Position numbers and translations under genes: made by a program. The notes beneath the pieces were generated by a model, which did no database searches, had not been told where the DNA came from, and was given only the letters and a program-made list of their open reading frames with translations. Below, in pieces: positions 56,692 through 64,000 of a DNA stretch of 64,000 bases. The DNA comes from Thermoanaerobaculia bacterium. GTDB taxonomy: Bacteria > Acidobacteriota > Thermoanaerobaculia > Thermoanaerobaculales > Sulfomarinibacteraceae. The stretch is from assembly GCA_027061805.1 (NCBI GenBank), contig JAMOWA010000068.1, positions 131,660-195,659 of the forward strand, given 5' to 3'. Within the stretch, counting starts at the first letter, position 1. The number at the start of each line of letters is the position of its first letter.

Positions 56692-57771
56692 ATGTTCGAC
56701 GTGACGAAGCTGCTCGTGGACGTGTTCGATCCCCAGGAGGGCGAGGTGGTGACCGTCATGGTGGACCTGCCCCACGACGAGATCCCCGACAACCCGCAGT
56801 GGCAGGAGCGGCGGCAGATGGCGGAGGAGTGGCGGGAGGCCCTGGCCCGGCTGGGTGCCGAGCGGGGCTTCACCGTGAACCCCATGCTGAGCTTCCCCGC
56901 CACCGGGGCCAACAACGCCGACCTCCCCGCCCAGGGCTGGCTGGAGGGCGAGGAGGTGGACCTCCGGAAGGTGCTCCTGGACTCCACCCTGGTGATCGCC
57001 ATGACCGAGTACTCGGCCACGGCGCCGCTCGCGGCCCTCGCCGAGGAGAAGGAGGACTTCCGGGCGGCCTCCATGCCGGGCGTGCTCCGCCGCATGGAGA
57101 AGACCGCGCTGGCCGCCGACTACGCCCGGGTGGCGCAGCGGTGCCAGGCCATCGCCGAGGCCATGGAGGGCGCCGAGCTCTGCGACGTGGAGTTCTCCAC
57201 GGGCCACCGGTGCTGGTTCGACCTGCGGCACCGGAAGGCCGAGGTGGACGACGGCTTCCTGCCCCGCTTCAAGGAGGGTGACCGCATCATCAACCTCCCC
57301 TCCGGCGAGACCTTCATCGTCCCCTACGAGGGGGAGATCGAGGGCGTCCCCTCGTGGACGGCCGGCCAGATCCCGGTGGTGGAGGACGGCGAGATGGTGG
57401 TCTTCCACGTGACCGCCAACACCATCCAGCTGCTGGAGGGGGAGGGACCCCTGGCCGAGCGCTACGCCGAGCTCTTCGGCGAGGACCCCGTCAGGGCCAA
57501 CATCGCCGAGGTGGCCTTCGGCGTCAACGAGAAGGCGGCGGTCACGGGAAACGTGCTGGAGGACGAGAAGGCGGGCTTCCACTGGGCCTTCGGTCGCTCG
57601 GACCACCTGGGCGGCGTCTTCGGCGTGGAGGCCTTCCGGTCGCCGGAGACCGTGATCCACCAGGACATCGTCTACGCCCGCGGCAACCCCGTCCAGGTCC
57701 GGCACGCGGTGATCCTCCACCCCGGCGATCGCCGTGTGGAGATCATCCGCGACGGCGAGTACCTGCTGTAG
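56692..57771 (+). CDS. M29 (aminopeptidase T/S)-like protein
   Basis: AAGGAGG precedes ATG 56692. The C-terminal block EVAFGVNEKAAVTGNVLEDEKAGFHWAFG resembles the M29 metal-binding region. Confidence 0.6.
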   Translation: MFDVTKLLVDVFDPQEGEVVTVMVDLPHDEIPDNPQWQERRQMAEEWREALARLGAERGFTVNPMLSFPATGANNADLPAQGWLEGEEVDLRKVLLDSTLVIAMTEYSATAPLAALAEEKEDFRAASMPGVLRRMEKTALAADYARVAQRCQAIAEAMEGAELCDVEFSTGHRCWFDLRHRKAEVDDGFLPRFKEGDRIINLPSGETFIVPYEGEIEGVPSWTAGQIPVVEDGEMVVFHVTANTIQLLEGEGPLAERYAELFGEDPVRANIAEVAFGVNEKAAVTGNVLEDEKAGFHWAFGRSDHLGGVFGVEAFRSPETVIHQDIVYARGNPVQVRHAVILHPGDRRVEIIRDGEYLL

Positions 57772-57864
57772 GCGCCTTCGGCCGGCGTGCACCGTGACGG
57801 TGCCACCCCCATCCACCCGGAGGAAGGGTCGGGGCCCCGGTCCGGGCCGGTGTCCGTGGCCGGG

Positions 57865-59715
57865 CTATTTTCCTCGCTGCAGGATCTCCAGCTCCTCCAC
57901 GGTAGGCTGGAAGAAGCAGGCACCGATGGTTCCGGGACCCACGTGGGTTCCGACGATCGGGCCGATCTCGCCCTCGTGGAGCTCCACCACCTCGAAGGCC
58001 TCCACGATCGCCTCCTTGAGGCGGCTCCCCCACCGGGGGGCGGAGGCGTGTCCCACGGCCACGAAGACGGGGCGCTCCGGGTCCACCCTCTCGGAAAAGA
58101 GGGACACGAGCTTTGGGATCACGTTGTGGCCGCCGCGAACCCTGTCCGTGGGAACGACATCCCCGTCCTTCAGGCCGAGGATCGGCTTGATCTCCAGGAG
58201 GGTCCCCAGGAGGGCCTGGGCCTTGTGGATTCGCCGGCCCTTCTGCAGATATTCCAGGGTGTCCACCGAGAACAGCATGTGGTACCGCTTCCGCTGGTCC
58301 TCGAGACGGCGGACGATCTCGTCCGCGGAGAGTCCCAGCTCGACCATCTGCCGGGCGATGTGCACCTGGAGGGCAAGCCCCACCGAGATCTGCCACGAGT
58401 CCACCACCCGGATGATCGGCAGGGTGGGGAGCCCCGCCTCTTCCCGGAGCCTCTGGTACCCATCGGCGCCACGGGCCACGGCATCCCGTGCCCGCCTCAC
58501 CGTCTCGGAGAGCTTGCCGGAGATGTGGATGGAGATGATATCCCCGCTGCCGATGAGCTGTTCGTAGGCGCCGACGAATTCTCCCACGCTCGGCGGACTG
58601 GTGGTGGGGAGCTTCTGGGATGCCACCAGGCGCCTGTAGAACTGGTCAGGAACCAGGTCGATCCCGTCCTTGAAGACCTGCGACTCGAAGAGGACCGTGA
58701 GAGGAACCACCGTGATGCCGTGGCGGCGGGCCTCCGACGGCAGGATATCCGCCGTGGAGTCCGTCACGATGTGGAGCTGTTGCTGCGGCTCCACGAACTG
58801 GAGGATCTCCTGGTCCCTCAGGCGAACGATCGCCCGCACCACCTCCAGATCCGGCTCGGGGACCAGGTCGATGAGCTCGGCGAAGTTCCGGGCCTCGCGG
58901 ATGTACTGCAGGACGGCCCGTTCCGTGGGTGAGTACTCCACGGAGAAGAACCGGTCCCCCATCTTGATGTCCACGCGGGCCTTGAGTCCGGGGAGTCGCC
59001 TGAAGAGCTCATCCAGCTGGAGCTTCTCCTCCACGGCATCGGTGACGAGAGAGGCCAGGTCCTGGTCGATGGTTCTTTCCCCCGCAGGCAGATCCAGTGT
59101 GATCACGAAGGCACCGCCACGAAGGGAGGCGATCCGGTTGAAGGCCTTGCGTCCGGAGATCGATCCCCAGCGGGCATTCACCACCTCGCCATCCTGGAGC
59201 CAGATGCCCACGTCGTCCCTCGCCGAGAAGCTCACCTGGCCGGTGATGATGTGGGACTGGAGCACGCGGAGCAGGTCCCCGATGGAGATCCGTGTGAGGT
59301 CACCGCGAAGCTTGTCGATCCCGTCGGAGAGCTCGCCTCCCATGTCCCGGGCCAGCAACAGGAGCCGGACCTGGTGGAGGAGGCGCTCCGGTGACATGTC
59401 CACGGAGGGAAGGACGTAAAGACCACTTTCCGGAACGTCGTCGGGGACACGGAGATCGCCGGAGTGCAGAACGAGGAAGGGTGGAAGGTCCAGGCCCGTG
59501 GCCTTCAGCCGCCGGTGGAGCTCCAGGGGTTCCCCGCCCTCGAGGCCGGTGTGGACCAGGACGAGGGTCGGATTGAGGCCCGCAGTGAACCGGATGGCCT
59601 CCTCGCCGTTGACAGCATTGATGACCTCGTTGCCGCCCTCGTACAGGGCAAGCCCCAGCTTCCGCCGGCGTGTGTCATCACTGTCCACAACAAGGATGGT
59701 GGGAATCTCCGCCAC
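57865..59715 (-). CDS. three-domain protein: receiver-like domain, DUF4388 (PatA-N-like) and DegV fatty-acid-binding domain
   Basis: GTG start follows GGGGAGG. Receiver-like ILVVDSDD...TLVLVHTGL. DUF4388 block ISIGDLLRVLQSHIITGQVSF...GEVVNARWG..SGRKAF. DegV blocks IVTDSTADILP, PTTSPPSVGEF and ISGKLSETV. Confidence 0.8.
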   Translation of the reverse strand: MAEIPTILVVDSDDTRRRKLGLALYEGGNEVINAVNGEEAIRFTAGLNPTLVLVHTGLEGGEPLELHRRLKATGLDLPPFLVLHSGDLRVPDDVPESGLYVLPSVDMSPERLLHQVRLLLLARDMGGELSDGIDKLRGDLTRISIGDLLRVLQSHIITGQVSFSARDDVGIWLQDGEVVNARWGSISGRKAFNRIASLRGGAFVITLDLPAGERTIDQDLASLVTDAVEEKLQLDELFRRLPGLKARVDIKMGDRFFSVEYSPTERAVLQYIREARNFAELIDLVPEPDLEVVRAIVRLRDQEILQFVEPQQQLHIVTDSTADILPSEARRHGITVVPLTVLFESQVFKDGIDLVPDQFYRRLVASQKLPTTSPPSVGEFVGAYEQLIGSGDIISIHISGKLSETVRRARDAVARGADGYQRLREEAGLPTLPIIRVVDSWQISVGLALQVHIARQMVELGLSADEIVRRLEDQRKRYHMLFSVDTLEYLQKGRRIHKAQALLGTLLEIKPILGLKDGDVVPTDRVRGGHNVIPKLVSLFSERVDPERPVFVAVGHASAPRWGSRLKEAIVEAFEVVELHEGEIGPIVGTHVGPGTIGACFFQPTVEELEILQRGK

Positions 59716-59783
59716 AGCTACCTCCCCGGTCTGCAGTATACACAGTGGCCTGCAAGGAACATCGGCGGTGTACACTCCGTGGC

Positions 59784-60689
59784 GTGAGTGGCCTGGCGAA
59801 ACGGATCCGGCACGACGCTGTCTACTACCCCGCGAGAGCGCTCCTGGCGGTCGGGGGGCTCTTCCCCCTGCCCATGTCCCGGCCGGTGGGAGCCGTGGCG
59901 GGACGGCTGGCACTTCTCCTGGCCGGGACCGACCGGCGGCGTGCCCGGGAACACCTGGCGGTGGCCTTCCCGGAGCTGACGGCCGGAGAGCGCGAGCGGA
60001 TCCTCCGCCGCACGGCCCGTCACCTGGGGATCACGCTGGCGGAGGTGCTGTGGCTGTGGCGGGCCGCTCCCCGTGACGTGGACCGCCTCGTGGCCACCGA
60101 GGGCTTCCACCATCTGGAGGGGGCCCTGGAAGCAGGGCGGGGGGCCGTGCTGATCACCGGGCACCTGGGCAACTGGGAGCTCCTCAACGCGAGACTCTCC
60201 ACCGCGGGGATCCCCATGAGCATCGCCGTGCGGGAGGTCTACGATCCGAGGCTTCACGTGCTCGCCACGCGCCTGAGGACCCGGTTCGGGACCGAGGTCA
60301 TCCCGCGGGGAAACGAGGCGGGAAAACGGCTGGCGGCGGCCCTCGGCCGGAACAGGGTGGTGGGTCTGCTCATCGACCAGGATATCCGGGATGTCTCCGG
60401 GGTTTTCGTCCCCTTCTTCGGGCGCCCCGCCTGGACCCCCCTGGGAGCGGCCATGCTGGCCATCCGCAACGGTGCGCCGGTGATTCCCGCCTTCGGTCAC
60501 CGCCGTCCCGACGGGAGCCACCTCGCCCGGGTGCTGCCTCCGCTACCGGTACCCGAGGACGGCTCCCTCCGGGAGAGGATCCGCGACCTGACGGCCGCCG
60601 CCACCGCCGCCATCGAGGCGCAGATCCGGGCCCACCCGGAGCAGTGGGTCTGGATGCACCGGCGCTGGAGGACGCGGCCGACCGGGTGA
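59784..60689 (+). CDS. lysophospholipid/lipid A late acyltransferase (LpxL/HtrB family)
   Basis: ITGHLGNWELL active-site block and C-terminal PEQWVWMHRRWR, typical of the family. GTG start; start uncertain. Confidence 0.8.
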   Translation: MSGLAKRIRHDAVYYPARALLAVGGLFPLPMSRPVGAVAGRLALLLAGTDRRRAREHLAVAFPELTAGERERILRRTARHLGITLAEVLWLWRAAPRDVDRLVATEGFHHLEGALEAGRGAVLITGHLGNWELLNARLSTAGIPMSIAVREVYDPRLHVLATRLRTRFGTEVIPRGNEAGKRLAAALGRNRVVGLLIDQDIRDVSGVFVPFFGRPAWTPLGAAMLAIRNGAPVIPAFGHRRPDGSHLARVLPPLPVPEDGSLRERIRDLTAAATAAIEAQIRAHPEQWVWMHRRWRTRPTG

Positions 60690-60970
60690 GCAAGGAGCTG
60701 GCCACGATCCTGGAAGCCGGGTTCCCGAAGATGGACATGGTCTTCGACCTGGACCGTCTGATCCCCTGCCTGGAGCCGATCCGGGCCCGGATCCAGGAGA
60801 CCCAGGTCAGGAACGACCCACCGGGGATCCTGATCCGCCACGAGCCGGTCGGCCCGATCATCATCATCGACGGCAGGCCCGGCCGGGAACACCTGGCGGA
60901 GACGGGCCTGGCCGAGATCACCGACACCGACTCCGTCCCTGTCACGGCCACGGTCGACGGCGCGAGGTGA
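60686..60970 (+). CDS. small hypothetical protein (94 aa)
   Basis: GTG overlaps the TGA of the acyltransferase gene. Balanced composition (SKELATILEAGFPKMDMVFDLDRLIPCLEP...). No family recognised. Confidence 0.5.
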   Translation: MSKELATILEAGFPKMDMVFDLDRLIPCLEPIRARIQETQVRNDPPGILIRHEPVGPIIIIDGRPGREHLAETGLAEITDTDSVPVTATVDGAR

Positions 60971-61090
60971 CGAGCGGCAGCGTCGCGGCGGGGGGTGTGG
61001 CCGGCCAGCGGAAGATCCGTGGCGCATCCCGCAGCCCCGGACGCTGGTGATCCGCAGAAGGTGGTGTGGTGCTGTGGTACCCTCCGCGCC

Positions 61091-61933
61091 ATGGGTGGGG
61101 AGCTGACACCTGCGGGGCTGCGTGAGCTGGCCCGGGACCTGGCCGGGAGGCTGGAACCGGGTCGGTTGCGGGCGCTCCTGGTGGCCGGGTCGGGACTGAG
61201 CCTGGAGGTGCCGGGCTGGGCCGCCGATGATCCGGTGCCCATGGAGGAGATCCTGCCCTTCCCCATCCATCACCTGGAGGGGCACAGCCACACGCTGACC
61301 CTCTGGCGGCGGGGCGGCGAGACCCTGATGGTGATGAACGGCAGGCTCCACCTCTACCAGGGGTACAGGCCCGAGGAGGTGGTGGCGCCGGTCCGGCTGG
61401 CCGCTCTCCTGGGGGCCGAGACCATGATCGCCACCAACGCCACCGGTGCGCTGGATCCCGCCATCGAGCCGGGGTCGCTGGTGGTCATCGGGGACCACCT
61501 CAACCTGCAGGGTGCCAACCCGCTGGTGGGCGCGTGGGGGAGGGAGCTGGGGCCCCAGTTCCCGGACATGTCCAGCGCCTACGATCCCGGGCTGCGCGAG
61601 CTGGCCCGTGAGGAGGCCGCAGCGGCGGGCTTCTCCGTGTACGAGGGGGTGTACGCCGGCGTGCTGGGGCCCTCGTTCGAGACGCCGGCCGAGGTCCGCA
61701 TGCTCCGCCGCCTCGGGGGGACCGTGGTGGGAATGTCCACCGTGCTCGAGGTCATCGCCGCCCGGCACATGGGGATGCGCGTGCTGGTCCTGTCCCTGGC
61801 GTCGAACCCCGCCGCCGGCCTGTCACCGGAACCGCCGAGTCACGAGGAGGTCCTGGCCGCCGGGGCCAGGGCCGCCCGGCGCCTGAGGGAGCTCATGGGG
61901 CGCCTGATGGTCCGGATGTTCCCGGCGCCCTGA
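61091..61933 (+). CDS. punA: purine nucleoside phosphorylase (trimeric PunA/PNP type)
   Basis: LEGHSHTL..MNGRLHLYQGY, ATNATGAL and VGMSTVLEVIAARHMGMRVLVLSLASN blocks. Confidence 0.85.
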   Translation: MGGELTPAGLRELARDLAGRLEPGRLRALLVAGSGLSLEVPGWAADDPVPMEEILPFPIHHLEGHSHTLTLWRRGGETLMVMNGRLHLYQGYRPEEVVAPVRLAALLGAETMIATNATGALDPAIEPGSLVVIGDHLNLQGANPLVGAWGRELGPQFPDMSSAYDPGLRELAREEAAAAGFSVYEGVYAGVLGPSFETPAEVRMLRRLGGTVVGMSTVLEVIAARHMGMRVLVLSLASNPAAGLSPEPPSHEEVLAAGARAARRLRELMGRLMVRMFPAP

Positions 61934-61942
61934 GCCCCGAGC

Positions 61943-64000
61943 ATGCCAGGGATCCGACTCGCCTCGCTGAAGCTCACCGGGTTCAAGTCCTTCGCAGACC
62001 CGGTGGCCCTGGACTTCCCGGACCCCATCACGGCCATCGTGGGGCCCAACGGCTGCGGCAAATCCAACATCGTGGATGCCATCCTCTGGGTCCTGGGGGA
62101 GCAGAGCCCCTCCCTGCTCCGCGCGAAGACCATGGCCGACGTGGTCTTCTCGGGAACCTCGAGGCGGAAGCCGGCGGGGGCGGCCGAGGTCGTTCTCTCG
62201 CTGGTGGGATCCGACGGTCGCTGGGAGGCCACGGGCGGGCGCCTGGAGATCAGCCGCAGGGTCTACCGGAGCGGGCCCTCGGAGTACCGGCTCAACGGGA
62301 AGACCGCCCGGCTCAAGGACGTGGTGGACGAGCTGCTGGCGGTGGGGCTTGGGACACGCTCCTACTCCATCATCGGGCAGGACCGCGTGGGCCAGGTGCT
62401 CTCGGCCCGGCCCACCGACCGCAGGGTCCTCCTGGAGGAGGCGGCGGGCATCACGCGGTACAAGGCGAGGAAGCACGAGGCGGAGCTCAAGCTGGAGCAG
62501 ACGCGGCAGAACCTGACCCGCCTGGACGACGTCATCACCGAGGTGGACCGCTCGCTGCGCCAGCTCAAGCGCCAGGCCCGCCAGGCCGAGAGGTACCGGA
62601 AGATCGAGGAGCAGCTGGCGCAGCGGTTGCGGGCGCTCCACGTCCTCCAGGCCCGGGCCATGGAGGAGCGCCGTGCCGCCCTGGCCAGGGAGCGGGCCCG
62701 GATCGAGACCGAGCTGGCGGCAGCCGCCTCGGCCCTCGGCGGTGCCGAGGCCGACCTGGCCGTGGTGCGCAGGGAGCTGGAGTCCGCCCGCTCGGAGCTG
62801 GAGTCCGCCCGCTCCGAGGTGGCCCGCCTCTCCACATCCCGGGAGCGGCTGGAGGCGTTCCTCGAGAGGTCCGCCGATCTCCTGGACAACCTGCGGGCGT
62901 CCATCGAGGCCAACCGGGGACGGCTCGGGTCCCTGGCTGCGTCCCGCGCGTCGCTGGAGGAGGAGGCGGCTGCCGCCGCGACCCGGGTCGCCGGCCTCGA
63001 GGAGGCCCTGGCGGGGGTGGTGGCGCGGCGCGAGGAGGCCGCCGCCGGCGAGACCGCGGCGAGGGAACGCCTGGAGGCCGCGGACGCCCGGGCCTCGGAG
63101 CTCCGCCAGGAGCTGCTCAAGATCATCTCCCTGGTGACGGCCGGCAGGAACCAGCAGCTGGATCTCGAGCGCCAGCTGGACCGGATCTCCTACACCCTGG
63201 AGCAGCTGACCGGCGAGATCGAGCGTGCCACGGCGCGCCGTGCGGAGGTCGAGCAGCGGTTCCAGGCCGCCCGCAACGAGGCCGCGGAGGCCGCCCGCGT
63301 GGCGGAGCAGGCCCGGGCCCGGCGTGACGAGCTGTCGGAGCGGCGGTCGAGGCTGATGGAGGCCACCGGGGCCGCGGGCCGGGAGGCCGAGGCGCTGGGG
63401 CACCGGCTGTGGGAGCTGCGGCACCGGCTGGCGGGGGTGGAGCGGGACCTCGCGCGTCACGCCGCCGCGCTGGAGCAGGTGACCCTGCTGGTTCCGGAGG
63501 CGTCGCTGGCCGGGCAGGTGAGCGACTACCTTTCACCCGACCCCGGGGTGGCGGGCGACCTGGACACCGTGTGGCGGGACTGGCTCGAGCTGCCCGTGGT
63601 GCAGCTGGAGGAGCTCCCCGGCGCCACCCTGGCGGCGGCCCGGGAGCTGGAGGCCCGCCTCCGCCTCGTGCTGGTGTCGGCCGGGATGGAGCCGCCGGAG
63701 CCCCTGGAGGTGGAGGAGGCCGAGGCGCTGCTGCCCCTGGCGGGGATCCCCGCCGAGCACGCGGGATGGCTGCACCGTGTCCTCCCGCCGGCCTTCCGCT
63801 GCGAGGACGCCGTCGCGGCCCGCCGGCTCGCCGCCGGGCACCCCGGGGCCGTGTTCCTCGTCCCCGACGGGACGGTGTACCGGGGTGCGTCGGCGGAGCT
63901 TCCCACCGCGGGACGCCGGCTCCAGGGCGCGCTGGCCCTGCGGGGCGAGAAGGAGCGCCTGGAGGCGGAGGCGGCCCTCCTGGAGACCAGGGTGGAGAGG
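61943..64000 (+). CDS. smc: chromosome partition protein Smc, N-terminal 686 codons (continues past the right edge)
   Basis: Not in the ORF track because there is no stop in the window. MPGIRLASLKLTGFKSFADPVALDFPDPITAIVGPNGCGKSNIVDAILWVLGEQS (Walker A head) is followed by a long Ala/Glu/Arg coiled coil. Confidence 0.9.
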   Translation, partial: MPGIRLASLKLTGFKSFADPVALDFPDPITAIVGPNGCGKSNIVDAILWVLGEQSPSLLRAKTMADVVFSGTSRRKPAGAAEVVLSLVGSDGRWEATGGRLEISRRVYRSGPSEYRLNGKTARLKDVVDELLAVGLGTRSYSIIGQDRVGQVLSARPTDRRVLLEEAAGITRYKARKHEAELKLEQTRQNLTRLDDVITEVDRSLRQLKRQARQAERYRKIEEQLAQRLRALHVLQARAMEERRAALARERARIETELAAAASALGGAEADLAVVRRELESARSELESARSEVARLSTSRERLEAFLERSADLLDNLRASIEANRGRLGSLAASRASLEEEAAAAATRVAGLEEALAGVVARREEAAAGETAARERLEAADARASELRQELLKIISLVTAGRNQQLDLERQLDRISYTLEQLTGEIERATARRAEVEQRFQAARNEAAEAARVAEQARARRDELSERRSRLMEATGAAGREAEALGHRLWELRHRLAGVERDLARHAAALEQVTLLVPEASLAGQVSDYLSPDPGVAGDLDTVWRDWLELPVVQLEELPGATLAAARELEARLRLVLVSAGMEPPEPLEVEEAEALLPLAGIPAEHAGWLHRVLPPAFRCEDAVAARRLAAGHPGAVFLVPDGTVYRGASAELPTAGRRLQGALALRGEKERLEAEAALLETRVER

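Noticed and set aside
62774-62815. Direct 21-nt duplication gagctggagtccgcccgctc(g/c) considered as a CRISPR-like or satellite repeat.
   Set aside because: There are only two copies, they lie inside the Smc coiled coil (ELESARS ELESARS), and there are no spacers. This is an in-frame heptad duplication.
61943-64000. SMC-family ATPase considered as part of a Wadjet/Lamassu-type defence system.
   Set aside because: The N-terminal head matches canonical chromosomal Smc (FKSFADP...GPNGCGKSN..DA..WVLGEQS). No JetA/B/D- or LmuA/B-like partner genes are nearby, and the context is housekeeping.

Overview
High-GC (~70%) chromosomal segment from a diderm bacterium (FadL-type outer-membrane protein, LolC/E-type permease and LpxL-type acyltransferase are present). 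I cannot name the taxon from the sequence alone. The window holds about 58 densely packed, mostly housekeeping or metabolic genes. These include a complete glycine-cleavage operon gcvT-gcvH-gcvPA-gcvPB (minus strand, 19.8-24.3 kb) and pyruvate:ferredoxin oxidoreductase with a DHOD-like partner. There are mevalonate-pathway genes (a single ORF fusing class II HMG-CoA reductase to mevalonate kinase, then idi). A long minus-strand operon carries an HDAC-family fusion, a DprE2/DprE1-like pair, PBP4 and an HD-like protein. A four-gene translationally coupled glycosylation operon encodes PIG-L::GT2, GT4, GT2 and an LplA-like protein. Also present are a CpxP/CpxRA-like module, XerD, a purine nucleoside phosphorylase and the 5' part of smc. 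I found no rRNA, tRNA, CRISPR array, transposase, integrase-bounded island or recognisable defence system, so no clear novel multi-gene system can be claimed. Three things stand out. (i) A modular family of AT-richer repeat blocks sits in at least eight intergenic spots, including two low-GC islands between convergent genes that share sequence and a possible small ORF. (ii) Four gene remnants or mini-genes (lipid kinase, GT2, inositol monophosphatase, isochorismatase) look like products of large deletions. (iii) Several domain fusions are unusual. Most long ORFs in the six-frame track that overlap the called genes in other frames or antisense are high-GC artefacts.
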